Positions 53,282-62,973 of a stretch of 64,000 nucleotides of DNA are shown one piece after another. Location of the stretch: contig CAZHRF010000001.1 of NCBI GenBank assembly GCA_964534625.1, positions 3,562 to 67,561 of the forward strand, read 5' to 3'. Origin of the DNA: an uncultured archaeon (GTDB lineage Archaea; Asgardarchaeota; Heimdallarchaeia; Heimdallarchaeales; Heimdallarchaeaceae). The stretch's first letter is position 1, and each line of letters opens with the position of its first letter. Below the pieces are notes generated by a model. That model was not told the DNA's origin, made no database searches, and was given only the letters and a program-made list of their open reading frames with translations. The position numbers and the translations under genes were made by a program.

Positions 53282-53602
53282 TTTATTCGGGTTCTTCACT
53301 TTTTCCTATTTCATATGTGTGATAAAATAGTGTAAATATAACTCCTAAAATCACCAATGCTATTACAATTGTTTTTATTACTGTAAAGTCCATTTCTATC
53401 TTGTTAATTCATATATATAGATTAATAAGCTTTTCTTTTTACCATTATTTTTTGATATTTATTGTTGATAATCATTCAAGTTTTGTATCACTTTCTACTA
53501 AGTTTATTCTCTAACTGTTACTTGTATTTATTATGTTTTTTTATTTTTCACTTTTACATTACTCCCTCTGTGTTTTATTAATTAACTATTGTTAATGTAA
53601 TA

Positions 53603-54856
53603 ATGGAGCTGATTAATGTGCCTATATCTGATGAAGACTACTTTGATTCTTTGCTTAAAAAGCCGTCTGTTTTTAAAAATCCTCAATATTTATCTGTAAA
53701 TTATATCCCTCATGAATTACCTCATAGAGAAGAAGAATTTAGATCACTTGCGCGGATTTTTAGACATGTATTTGAGGAAAATAATGAACCGATGTCAAAA
53801 GTAATTCTTTCAGGCTCTACTGGTTCTGGAAAAACTACCCTGGCAAAACGATTTGGAAGTGTTTTAGAAAATATCGGCAAAGAAAAAAAGTTTATGAAGA
53901 TTTACATAAACTGTCGAATATATAAAAGTCCTTATCTCATTATCAATACTATAGCTAGAAAAATAAATGATGCTATCCCATCTAGAGGATATTCGTTTGA
54001 AGAATTGCAATCACTACTTGTTGAAATTCTCGATTATTATAAGCCTAAAATTCTTTTAATATTGGATGAAGTGGATTATTTAATCTCAAGGTCTGGAACT
54101 GATATTCTTTATGCACTATTGCGAATTAGTGAAATGACAACGAGACAATTCCTATCATATATCTTTATTGCAAAGAGTCTTGATTTTTTAGAAGCTTTGG
54201 ATGATAGTACGTTAAGTAGTTTTAATACAAATCACATAGCTCTTGATCGCTATTCTGAGAATAATTTGATTGATATCCTTCGGACTAGAGTTAAACTTGC
54301 ATTTTACAATGGAATTGTAACCAATGATGCGGTTAAACTAATTGCAGATATCGCGAGTAAATCGGGAGATGCTAGATATGCAATCGAATTATTGTGGGGT
54401 GCAGGAAATTGTGCTGATGATAAGGGTTCACCCATTGTTTATCCTGACCATGTTAGAAAAGCAAAATCACTTATTCATCCTGAATTGAGTAGGGAAGTTA
54501 TTGTTGCCCTTTCTCTTCACCAAAAACTTGTTTTGCTTGCCATTATTAGAAAACTAAAATATACCAAAAATGCTTACGTTTCTACTAGTGATGCCATATC
54601 AGCATATCAGATTGCATGTGAAGAATATCAACAAGAACCCAGAAAACACACACAATTATGGTCGTATTTACAAGAACTGTCAAAACAGTCAGTGATTGAA
54701 ACAAGGCTTTCAGGTGAGGGATTGCGTGGTAAGACGACTCTTATTAGTCTTCCTGATGTCTCCGTTGAAACAATTGAGGCATATCTAGTTAAACAAATAG
54801 AACTAAAACAAGATGGGGACAAGAATCTAAAAAAAATTGACAAGGGGGGTAATTAG
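53603..54856 (+). CDS. cdc6: Orc1/Cdc6 replication initiator (paralog 2)
   Basis: 417 aa with Walker A GSTGSGKTT, Walker B LILDEVD, GDARYAIELL and a C-terminal winged helix. Confidence 0.85.
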   Translation: MELINVPISDEDYFDSLLKKPSVFKNPQYLSVNYIPHELPHREEEFRSLARIFRHVFEENNEPMSKVILSGSTGSGKTTLAKRFGSVLENIGKEKKFMKIYINCRIYKSPYLIINTIARKINDAIPSRGYSFEELQSLLVEILDYYKPKILLILDEVDYLISRSGTDILYALLRISEMTTRQFLSYIFIAKSLDFLEALDDSTLSSFNTNHIALDRYSENNLIDILRTRVKLAFYNGIVTNDAVKLIADIASKSGDARYAIELLWGAGNCADDKGSPIVYPDHVRKAKSLIHPELSREVIVALSLHQKLVLLAIIRKLKYTKNAYVSTSDAISAYQIACEEYQQEPRKHTQLWSYLQELSKQSVIETRLSGEGLRGKTTLISLPDVSVETIEAYLVKQIELKQDGDKNLKKIDKGGN

Positions 54857-55156
54857 ATGATAATTAACAATTCTTCCAATGATGAACTTAATGTTGAGTT
54901 AGAAGGTATCTTATCAAGTCGTGGTCGTGTGAGGATATTGAAACTCTTAGCAAAAGAGGGTGAATTAAATATTTCGGCAATATCAAAGAAAACAAAATTG
55001 AACCATAGTTCTGTTAAATCGCATTTGGAATTTCTTGTTGAAGTAGGTTTAATTAAAGAGAAAAAATTTGGTAGGATTAAAATCTATCAGTATCTAGACA
55101 CAAATATTAAAGCCCATTCTCTAAAACAATTGTTTTGCATATGGGAAGAAATATAA
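54857..55156 (+). CDS. ArsR-type winged-helix regulator
   Basis: 99 aa with RILKLLAKEGELNISAISKKTKLNHSSVKSHLEFLVEVGLI. It starts 1 nt after the cdc6 stop. Confidence 0.6.
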   Translation: MIINNSSNDELNVELEGILSSRGRVRILKLLAKEGELNISAISKKTKLNHSSVKSHLEFLVEVGLIKEKKFGRIKIYQYLDTNIKAHSLKQLFCIWEEI

Positions 55157-55223
55157 TTGTATTCTTTCTTTTCCTCCTATCGACAAATTTTTAAATTTAT
55201 TAAAAAGGATTAGATACAAATAA

Positions 55224-55308
55224 GCGGGGATTGCCGAGTGGACAAAGGCGCTGGAATGAGGATCCAGTCCTTAGTGGTCCGGGAGTTCGAATCTCCCTCT
55301 CCGCACCA
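55224..55308 (+). tRNA. tRNA-Leu(GAG), CCA encoded
   Basis: Acceptor GCGGGGA/TCTCCGC, anticodon arm CTGGA-ATGAGGA-TCCAG, a long variable arm and T arm GGGAG-TTCGAAT-CTCCC. Confidence 0.9.
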
Positions 55309-55314
55309 CTTAAA

Positions 55315-55503
55315 CTATCTAAAAAAATCTTCAATTGATAAAGCTGTCCACTCAATTAAGTTTAATATGATGCCAAATATTATGGCGAAAATTACCATTC
55401 CAACCCCTATTAACAGTATTTCTTCTAAAATTGGAGAGGCTTTTTTGTTCTTAAGAATATTCATATATGCTCTTATCATGTTTAACATGTGTTTAATATT
55501 CAA
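55315..55503 (-). CDS. small class III signal peptide (pilin-like) protein
   Basis: 62 aa. KNKKASPILEEILLIGVGMVIFAIIFGII resembles archaeal class III signal peptide proteins. The overlapping plus-strand ORF 55238..55507 runs through the tRNA and is judged spurious. Confidence 0.4.
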   Translation of the reverse strand: MNIKHMLNMIRAYMNILKNKKASPILEEILLIGVGMVIFAIIFGIILNLIEWTALSIEDFFR

Positions 55504-55780
55504 TTAAACTTTATAAACCTCACAAATTCTAGCATTTACTTATATTATTGAGAAGAAATTTTAATTTCATTAACTCGAATTAGAATTCCGTTATAATCAA
55601 AGTAAATAAAATAATCAGATCTTATGAGAAATCGTTTTCTCTATTTCTTCTTAACAAATTTGACAATAGCAATACTATCATAACCTTTCCATTAATATTA
55701 CTAATAATATCATTTATGGAAAACCTTTTTTATTATGCTACTCGCTGCGATACAGTAACATCCAAAGATTTGGTGCAATT

Positions 55781-56620
55781 ATGGACATTAAACTTATAGA
55801 GATATTTGATGATTCAATCAAATTTATACTTACTGAAAGTACAATAGCGTTTGCTAATGCTGTTAGAAGAATTGTATTAGCTAATGTTCCGACCTTGGTG
55901 ATAGAGGATGTTTATGTTTTAAAAAATACTTCTCCCCTTTTTGATGAATTTATTGCGCAAAGATTGGGTTTGGTGCCTCTTAAGTATAATGAGGATTTTG
56001 AGTTAAATTTTAGAGATAAGTGTGAATGTGGTGGTATTGGATGCAATTTATGTACTGTCACTTTTACAATATCAAAAAAGGCTACCGATAGCCCTACAAC
56101 GATTTATAGTGGAGATTTAATATCATCACAGGAGGGGGTTGAACCTATAAATCGTAATATTCCCATTGTAAAAATTGGCCCAAATCAGAGTGTCGAATTG
56201 GAATGTATGGCACAATTGGGAACTGGGAAAGATCATGCTAAATGGCAACCCGTTTCAGCTATTGGTTATCAACTAGTCCCTCTCGTTGAAATTGATCAAT
56301 TAAAATGTAATAATTGTAATGAATGTATTAATTCTTGTTATAGGGATGTTTTTGATGAGGATTCTGGAACGATTAAAGTTGTGAATTCCCTAAATTGCAA
56401 TTTATGCAAATATTGTGTAGAAATGTGTGACGAGGGAGCCATATCAATAAGTGAGGATCCCTCTCAAATAATTATTTCATTCGATATCAATACTGGAACC
56501 CCAGCATCATCGATTTTAGTAAAAGCTGGTGAACTACTTTTAGCTAAAACCGACGAATTCAAAAATGCATTACAGAAAGCTATTATTGAAAAGGAAGAAA
56601 AGGAAAAAAATAAGGAGTAA
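55781..56620 (+). CDS. rpoD: DNA-directed RNA polymerase subunit D (Rpo3) with ferredoxin-like Fe-S domain
   Basis: 279 aa with N-terminal FANAVRRIVLANVPTLVIEDV and two Cys clusters, CNNCNECINSC and CNLCKYCVEMC. Confidence 0.85.
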   Translation: MDIKLIEIFDDSIKFILTESTIAFANAVRRIVLANVPTLVIEDVYVLKNTSPLFDEFIAQRLGLVPLKYNEDFELNFRDKCECGGIGCNLCTVTFTISKKATDSPTTIYSGDLISSQEGVEPINRNIPIVKIGPNQSVELECMAQLGTGKDHAKWQPVSAIGYQLVPLVEIDQLKCNNCNECINSCYRDVFDEDSGTIKVVNSLNCNLCKYCVEMCDEGAISISEDPSQIIISFDINTGTPASSILVKAGELLLAKTDEFKNALQKAIIEKEEKEKNKE

Positions 56621-56626
56621 TATGAA

Positions 56627-56992
56627 ATGCCAAACGTAACTGGACCTAGCGATCCAAATGTAGTAAGCTTAATTAATAAACTAAGGAAAACATCTTCAGA
56701 GAATAATACAGAATTATGGAAAACAATCGCTGAAAAACTAGGAAAATCTAGACGAAAAAACATTGCAGTCAATCTCAGTAAAATCAATAGATTTACAAAG
56801 AAAAACGATGTTGTTGTAGTTCCTGGTTCAGTACTTAGTGCTGGTTATTTAGATCATAAAGTGAAAATTGCTGCACTAAGATTTTCTGAAAGAGCAAAAC
56901 AAAAAATAAACGAATTTAAGGGTGAATCCCTCACTATTGCTGAGTTATTAGAGGAAAAACCTGATGAAAGTACAGTCAAAATTATAATTTAA
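56627..56992 (+). CDS. rpl18e: ribosomal protein L18e
   Basis: 121 aa with the pattern NPNVVSLINKLRK...VNLSKINR...VVVPGSVLSAGYLDHKV. Confidence 0.85.
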   Translation: MPNVTGPSDPNVVSLINKLRKTSSENNTELWKTIAEKLGKSRRKNIAVNLSKINRFTKKNDVVVVPGSVLSAGYLDHKVKIAALRFSERAKQKINEFKGESLTIAELLEEKPDESTVKIII

Positions 56993-57004
56993 GGTGGTAA
57001 AAAC

Positions 57005-57457
57005 ATGCAAAAAGAAGCAGAATTAAATCATGCAAATGTATTTGTAGATGCAACTGATGCAATATTAGGGAGATTATCAACAAAAGTAGCAAAATATCTC
57101 CTTGAAGGAAAGAAAGTTAATATTATCAATTGTGAGAAAGCTGTAATTTCGGGTAAAAAACATTCTATAGTTAATGAATATAAAAAGAAACACGAGATTC
57201 ACACAGCTTCTAATCCAAGACGAGGACCTTTTCATCAGAAACGTCCAGATAGATTGGTTCGAAAAACTATTCGTGGAATGTTACCATACAAAAAAAGTTC
57301 AGGTCGTGCCGCTTATAGCCGACTAAGAGTGTATATTGGAATTCCAGAAGAATTTAAAGAGAAAGAATATATTAAGCCAACTTCAAACGTAAATAAATTG
57401 GATTGTAAATTTCTCTCAATTGGCGATTTGTGTAGGGAACTAGGATGGCAATCATAA
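57005..57457 (+). CDS. rpl13: ribosomal protein uL13
   Basis: 150 aa with VDATDAILGRLSTKVAKYLLEGKKV and MLPYKKSSGRAAYSRLRVY. Confidence 0.9.
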   Translation: MQKEAELNHANVFVDATDAILGRLSTKVAKYLLEGKKVNIINCEKAVISGKKHSIVNEYKKKHEIHTASNPRRGPFHQKRPDRLVRKTIRGMLPYKKSSGRAAYSRLRVYIGIPEEFKEKEYIKPTSNVNKLDCKFLSIGDLCRELGWQS

Positions 57458-57464
57458 GGGTGAA

Positions 57465-57875
57465 ATGAAATTGAGTAAAGTAATAGTATCGTCAGGAAAA
57501 CGTAAAACTGCAATTGCACGGATTACTATCAAGGAAGGTAAAGGAAGAATAAGAGTTAATGGCGTTCCGCTTGAAGTAATTCCAAATGAGTTGTATAGAG
57601 CAAAGATTAAGGAAATATTCATACTTGCTGGGCAAGAGATGCATGATTCGGTTGATATCAAAGTTAATGTTTCTGGTGGCGGATTTATGGGACAAGCAGA
57701 AGCCATACGTACTGCAATTGGTAGGGGACTTGTTGAGTATTTTGAGGATCAAGTATTAAAAGAAAAGATGGTTGAATATGATAAAACAATCATTTCAGGT
57801 GATCCAAGAAGAACAGAATCAAAACATTTCGGTGGTCCTAGTTCAAGATCTAGATTTCAAAAATCCTACCGTTAA
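57465..57875 (+). CDS. rps9: ribosomal protein uS9
   Basis: 136 aa with SGKRKTAIAR, GGGFMGQAEAIRTAIGRGL and a C-terminal RFQKSYR. Confidence 0.9.
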   Translation: MKLSKVIVSSGKRKTAIARITIKEGKGRIRVNGVPLEVIPNELYRAKIKEIFILAGQEMHDSVDIKVNVSGGGFMGQAEAIRTAIGRGLVEYFEDQVLKEKMVEYDKTIISGDPRRTESKHFGGPSSRSRFQKSYR

Positions 57876-57896
57876 TCTTTTTTTTTCTTATTAAAA

Positions 57897-58937
57897 ATGA
57901 CATTAAGTATTGATGGGTCAATGGGAGAGGGTGGTGGTTCTATTGTACGACTGTCTGTTGCTTTAGCCGCTGGTTTGGATATCCCTGTGTCCCTATATAA
58001 CATTCGTAAAAAAAGAACCTCTCCTGGTTTAAAATCACAGCACATTAATGCAATTAAGGCCATAAAACAATTTTGTGGGTGCTCTGTTGAAGGCTTGAAA
58101 CTTGGAAACCAATCAATTTTATTAGGTCATAATGGTCGGAAAAAAAACTTTGCTTCTGTTAATGTTCAGACAGCTGGAAGTGTTGGATTAATATGCCAAG
58201 CAGCATTATATTATTCGCTAAATAGACATGACGATATCGATTTACAAATTACTGGTGGTGCAACTCATGGAAAATGGGCCCCATCAATAGAATATGTAAA
58301 ACATATTATTTTTCCAATAGTTGAAAAGATGGGAAAGAAAATAGAAATCACTTTACATAGATACGGTTTTTTCCCAAAAGGAGGGGCAAAGTTATCTTTT
58401 ATGTTTAAAGGACATAAAAATCTTTCTTCACTCGATTTAAGAGAGGCAGGTGATCTAGAAACTGTTGATGTTTATTCCATTGCATCAAAATCTCTAAAAG
58501 GGAGAGAGGTAGCTGAAAGACAATATAAGGCTTTTGTGAACAATACTAATATAACTATTGATTTTTCTCCACATATTCATTATGTAGATACTATCTGTAC
58601 TGGCACTGGATTAACTGCAGTTGGTCAGTTATCCGGGGGTGGTATAATAGGTCATTCGGTAATTGGCGAAAGAAACTTAACATCTGAAGAAGTTGGTAAA
58701 AAATGTTCAAAAGAGTGGATAAAAATTCACGAAAGCAAAGTTCCTATTGACTATCATGCCGCTGATCAACTGATCCTACCAATGATTTTTGCTGAAGGTA
58801 AATCTACTATTTTCACAAATAAAATAACCAATCACACACGAACTAATATTAATGTCGTTAAACACTTCCTTGAACGCAACATTACTATTAAAAAAGAAAA
58901 TCGTGTTTATTCTATTATTGTAAATGGTGACTATTAA
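57897..58937 (+). CDS. rtcA: RNA 3'-terminal phosphate cyclase
   Basis: 346 aa with IDGSMGEGGGSIVRLSVALA and IRKKRTSPGLKSQHINAIKA motifs. Confidence 0.8.
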   Translation: MTLSIDGSMGEGGGSIVRLSVALAAGLDIPVSLYNIRKKRTSPGLKSQHINAIKAIKQFCGCSVEGLKLGNQSILLGHNGRKKNFASVNVQTAGSVGLICQAALYYSLNRHDDIDLQITGGATHGKWAPSIEYVKHIIFPIVEKMGKKIEITLHRYGFFPKGGAKLSFMFKGHKNLSSLDLREAGDLETVDVYSIASKSLKGREVAERQYKAFVNNTNITIDFSPHIHYVDTICTGTGLTAVGQLSGGGIIGHSVIGERNLTSEEVGKKCSKEWIKIHESKVPIDYHAADQLILPMIFAEGKSTIFTNKITNHTRTNINVVKHFLERNITIKKENRVYSIIVNGDY

Positions 58938-59198
58938 TAATTAACTTCTTTCTTCTCATCTGTTTTTTTGATGAACAGAATTTAAATTCTAATTATACGA
59001 AAAAAATCTATAAACAGGTTATTATTACTTATTTTATCCTTCGCTTGCTATTTGCTAATAATACTTGATGAACGACAGCTTTATATGAAGCTAATAATGT
59101 CGGAGTACAGCCTTAAAGACTAGTATAAGCTAGTTATTAATTGAAGGCACTTTAAATAAGTAAAGAAATAAATCAATAGAAAATTAGGAAGTGAAAAA

Positions 59199-60200
59199 AT
59201 GGGTCATCGAAAGGTAAGTGCTCCCCACCGTTCTTCTCTAGGCTATCGGCGGGCAAGAGCGAAACGTATGGTACCTTCACCTCGTGCTTGGCCAGAGTAT
59301 ACTGGAAATCCCAAACTACTTGGATTTTTGGGTATTAAAGCTGGAATGACACACTGTGTGTGTATTGAAGATAGACCGAGGAGCCATTTAGTAAATAGAG
59401 AAGTCATTGTACCTCTCACAGTAATTGAAACACCACCTATTGTGGTATTTGGAATGAGAGGATACAAAAAAACCCCTTATGGTTTAAAGATTGTTGCAGA
59501 TCTTCAAGCAGAGGAAACAAAAGAAGAATTGAACAGAAGAATAAAACCACCCAAAGAATATGACTATGAAAAAGCAAAAGATATTTTTAATAATTATATT
59601 GAAGAGATGATCGAAGTTCGGGCTGTTGTCCATACCCAACCTTATTTGACGGGCATTGGGGCAAAGACACCGAATATTGCTGAAATTAAAATAGGTTGTA
59701 ATAATATTCAAGAAGGTGTGGAATATGGAATGTCCTTGTTAGGAAAAGAAGTTTTATTACGTGAAATTTTCAAAGCAGGACAATTTATTGACACTATGGG
59801 TGTAACAAAAGGTAAAGGATTTCAAGGTCCTGTGAAACGTCATGGAATAAAAATTCTTCAACACAAGTCAAAACACACCAAACGCGGTGTTGGTTCAATT
59901 GGACCATGGCATCCTGCTAGGACAATGTGGACTATACCTAGACACGGACAAATGGGTTACAACACACGAACTGAGTATAATAAACGAATTATGCAAATTG
60001 GTGCTGATAGTGAAAAAATTATCCCCAATGGCGGTTTTGTAAATTATGGACTTGTTAAAAATGATTACGCTTTAATAAAAGGTTCTGTACCTGGGTCAAA
60101 AAAGAGAACAATTGTTTTAAGACATGGTATGAGAAAACCACCTATACCTGAAAAACCACCTCAGATATTATATATATCTACTGAGAGTCAACAAAGATAA
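59199..60200 (+). CDS. rpl3: ribosomal protein uL3
   Basis: 333 aa with MGHRKVSAPHRSSLGY and GVTKGKGFQGPVKRHG. Confidence 0.9.
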   Translation: MGHRKVSAPHRSSLGYRRARAKRMVPSPRAWPEYTGNPKLLGFLGIKAGMTHCVCIEDRPRSHLVNREVIVPLTVIETPPIVVFGMRGYKKTPYGLKIVADLQAEETKEELNRRIKPPKEYDYEKAKDIFNNYIEEMIEVRAVVHTQPYLTGIGAKTPNIAEIKIGCNNIQEGVEYGMSLLGKEVLLREIFKAGQFIDTMGVTKGKGFQGPVKRHGIKILQHKSKHTKRGVGSIGPWHPARTMWTIPRHGQMGYNTRTEYNKRIMQIGADSEKIIPNGGFVNYGLVKNDYALIKGSVPGSKKRTIVLRHGMRKPPIPEKPPQILYISTESQQR

Positions 60201-60217
60201 TGTGGAGGAAATGAAAA

Positions 60218-61000
60218 ATGCAAATTTCTATTTATACTATCACAGGACAAGAAAAAGATAAAATGGATTTACCTGAGGTTTTTAATGCTGCATTAAGACC
60301 TGATGTTATAAAAAGAGCTGTTTTAGCTGAACAAACATGGAAAAAACAACCCAAAGGTGTTAAGCCTCTTGCTGGCAAACTAGTTTCTGTTGAAAACTGG
60401 GGTCCGGGTAGAGGGGCTGCGCGTGTTCCTAGAACAAAGGGTAGTAGAACACACAGTGGTTCAAGAGGGGCTTTTGTACCTCAAGCCAGAGGTGGGCATA
60501 AAGCACATCCTCCTAAATCAGAAAAAAAGATTATTGAAAAAATAAATCGAAAAGAACATAGGTTGGCTATTCAATCGGCTATTTCTTATACAGGTCACAA
60601 AGATCATGTTATGAACCGAGGTCACAATTTTGAAGAAAATGTTATCTTTCCTATAATTGTAGAATCCAAAGCTGAGGAAATCGAAAAAACAAAAGATGCG
60701 GTACGCTTATTAAGAAATTTAGGTTTATATCCTGATTTGGAAAGAGTAAAGAAAGGTAAAAATGTACGTGCTGGAAAAGGAAAATTAAGAGGAAGGAAGT
60801 ATAAAATTCCTATTGGACCACTCATTATAGTGGGAGAAGAAGACTGTCCCTTGATTAGAGCTGGAAGAAATATACTAGGAACACAAGTATTGCCTCTCAA
60901 AGACATTAATACTGAAGTCTTAGCTCCTGGTACCCATCCTGGTCGTTTAACTGTGTGGACAGAAAATGCAGTAAATTTATTGAATGAAAGATATAGGTGA
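60218..61000 (+). CDS. rpl4: ribosomal protein uL4
   Basis: 260 aa with NWGPGRGAARVPR and RAGKGKLRGRKYK. Confidence 0.9.
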   Translation: MQISIYTITGQEKDKMDLPEVFNAALRPDVIKRAVLAEQTWKKQPKGVKPLAGKLVSVENWGPGRGAARVPRTKGSRTHSGSRGAFVPQARGGHKAHPPKSEKKIIEKINRKEHRLAIQSAISYTGHKDHVMNRGHNFEENVIFPIIVESKAEEIEKTKDAVRLLRNLGLYPDLERVKKGKNVRAGKGKLRGRKYKIPIGPLIIVGEEDCPLIRAGRNILGTQVLPLKDINTEVLAPGTHPGRLTVWTENAVNLLNERYR

Positions 61001-61266
61001 TACTGATGGATCCATACAAAATAATCAAAAAACCGTTAATAAGCGAAAAAGACTTTGAGTTAATAGAAAATGAAAATAAATTAGTAATACTAGTTGATCT
61101 TAAAGCTACAAAAGGACAAATAAAGGAAGCTATGGAAAAACTTTATGATGTTAAAGTATTGAAAGTCAATACTTTAATAACTCCAAGAGGAGAAAAGAAA
61201 GCTTATGTTAGACTTAGTGATTATGATGATGCAGCTGACATTGCCTCCCGTATGGGATTATTCTAA
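60997..61266 (+). CDS. rpl23: ribosomal protein uL23
   Basis: 89 aa with IIKKPLISEKDFELIE and KKAYVRL. It overlaps the rpl4 stop. Confidence 0.85.
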   Translation: MILMDPYKIIKKPLISEKDFELIENENKLVILVDLKATKGQIKEAMEKLYDVKVLKVNTLITPRGEKKAYVRLSDYDDAADIASRMGLF

Positions 61267-61279
61267 CGTGGTGATATAA

Positions 61280-62020
61280 ATGGGTAAAAAGATTTTAGTA
61301 CAAAGACGTGGTCGTGGAACATCACAATTTCGCGCAGCATCTAACAAGAAGAAAGGAAGTGTAAAATACAGAAAAATATCAAAACTTGAATATTCAGACA
61401 AACTGACTGGTATTATCACTGATATTGTACATGATCCTGGTAGAGGAGCACCTGTTGCAAAAGTACTGTTTGAAGACGGATTAAAGAAAATTATTCTCCC
61501 CTCTGAAGGCATAAGAGTGAATCAAAAAATCTTTTATGGGGCAACTTCTGAGATTGAAGTGGGTAATACTTTACCTTTAAAATTTATCCCTGATGGAACG
61601 CCAGTTTTTTGTATTGAATTGACACCTGGTGACGGTGGTAGAATTGTTAGGTCAAGTGGGGGTTATGCTACTATCTTAGGTAGAGGTAAAGGGAAAGTTT
61701 CATTACAGTTATCTAGTGGTGAAATAAAGCCCATCCCAGAAAGATGCAGAGCTACTATCGGTGTTGTAGCTGGTGGAGGAAGGACTGAGAAACCTTTCGT
61801 AAAGGCTGGAAATAAACATCATCTTATGAAGGCAAAGGGGCATAAATATCCTCGTGTTAGAGGGACTGCTATGAATGCTGTGTCACATCCTCACGGTGGC
61901 GGTGCTCATCAAAGTCCACCCCGATCAACAACAGTTTCAAGAAACGCCCAAAGAGGGCGAAAGGTTGGTCTTATAGCAGCAAAACGAAGTGGTAAAAGAA
62001 AAGGTAGAAAGAAGCAATAA
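61280..62020 (+). CDS. rpl2: ribosomal protein uL2
   Basis: 246 aa with GRGAPVAKV, RVRGTAMNAVSHPHGGG and a basic C-terminus. Confidence 0.9.
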   Translation: MGKKILVQRRGRGTSQFRAASNKKKGSVKYRKISKLEYSDKLTGIITDIVHDPGRGAPVAKVLFEDGLKKIILPSEGIRVNQKIFYGATSEIEVGNTLPLKFIPDGTPVFCIELTPGDGGRIVRSSGGYATILGRGKGKVSLQLSSGEIKPIPERCRATIGVVAGGGRTEKPFVKAGNKHHLMKAKGHKYPRVRGTAMNAVSHPHGGGAHQSPPRSTTVSRNAQRGRKVGLIAAKRSGKRKGRKKQ

Positions 62021-62083
62021 GGCTTTCAATTTTTCTCTTTTATTTTTACTACGTTAAATGTTAATCCCAACGGTGAAATTAGT

Positions 62084-62827
62084 ATGAATATTGTGGAAGA
62101 GTTTAATTCAATTCAATTTATATTTAAAGAAGAACAAAATTTTGAGAATTGTATCTTGCTTAATGGATGGCATGGTATTGGTGAATGTGGTTTTATTTCT
62201 ATGAGTCATTTGGTAGATAAATTGAAGGCAAAGAGAATCGGTTTTATAATTACTGATAATTTACCTCAATTTATTACAGTTAAAAAAGAAACCATTACTT
62301 TCCCTTTTGAAATTTACAGAAAAGATAATGTGGTTATTGTACTACCAATATTTGAGCCAGTAAAATCTGAACATCAAACTTTTACTAGAACACTAGTTCA
62401 ATGGTCGATCAATAGAAAGTTCAATAAAGCCCTTTTAGTGGGGGGACTAGATAACAGATTAAAGGATAAAACGTCATTAAAGATTATATGTACAAAATCT
62501 TTTAAAAATAAATATCCGTTAGTTGATCTTGAAATCCTAGAAGAAGGTCTTTATGTTACAGGACCACTAGCTTATATGTTATTGTTTTATGAACTAGAAG
62601 ATTTTCCTGCCATAGCTATATTACCATATTCTGAAAGATCTAGACCAGATCCAATTGCTGCTAGTATAGCTATAAAACAAATTAATGCATTACTTAATCT
62701 TAATGTCAACGTTGATGAGCTATTAGAAGAAGCAGAAAGAATAGAAAAAGAAATTGAATCTTTATTAAATGCAAGAAAACAACCAAAAGAACAAGAAGAA
62801 TCAAAAGACAGAGGTATGTTTGTATAA
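62084..62827 (+). CDS. PAC2-family proteasome assembly chaperone-like protein
   Basis: 247 aa with LLNGWHGIGECGFISMSHLVDKL near the N-terminus and an acidic coiled C-terminal tail. This matches the PAC2-family pattern as I remember it. Confidence 0.55.
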   Translation: MNIVEEFNSIQFIFKEEQNFENCILLNGWHGIGECGFISMSHLVDKLKAKRIGFIITDNLPQFITVKKETITFPFEIYRKDNVVIVLPIFEPVKSEHQTFTRTLVQWSINRKFNKALLVGGLDNRLKDKTSLKIICTKSFKNKYPLVDLEILEEGLYVTGPLAYMLLFYELEDFPAIAILPYSERSRPDPIAASIAIKQINALLNLNVNVDELLEEAERIEKEIESLLNARKQPKEQEESKDRGMFV

Positions 62828-62850
62828 AACATCAAATACTCTTCTTTGAT

Positions 62851-62970
62851 GGGTTGGTAGTTCAGTGGATAGAAAAAAATTTGGTTGTTACCAGTTTTCT
62901 AGAATGGTTGCCTCCGGTGAAATTCGGGGAAAGCAACAGGTCGCCCGTTCAAATCGGGCCCAACCCGCCA
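62851..62970 (+). tRNA. tRNA-Arg(CCG) with two introns (D-arm 62875..62904, anticodon loop 62918..62931), CCA encoded
   Basis: The gene is 120 nt. Its parts are acceptor GGGTTGG/CCAACCC, D stem GTTC/GAAT, anticodon stem GTTGC/GCAAC and T arm GCCCG-TTCAAAT-CGGGC. Removing the 30-nt and 14-nt inserts gives a standard 76-nt tRNA. The anticodon-loop insert has a 4-bp CTCC/GGGG helix flanked by bulges GGT and AAA. Confidence 0.7.
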
Positions 62971-62973
62971 AAT

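Noticed and set aside
53282-53602. ORB or mini-ORB origin repeats upstream of the second orc1/cdc6, and the equivalent regions near the first (2693..3209).
   Set aside because: No repeated element with a dyad or G-string character could be found by eye. Only generic AT-richness is visible. A possible 36-aa membrane micro-ORF on the minus strand (53283..53393) is too short to support.
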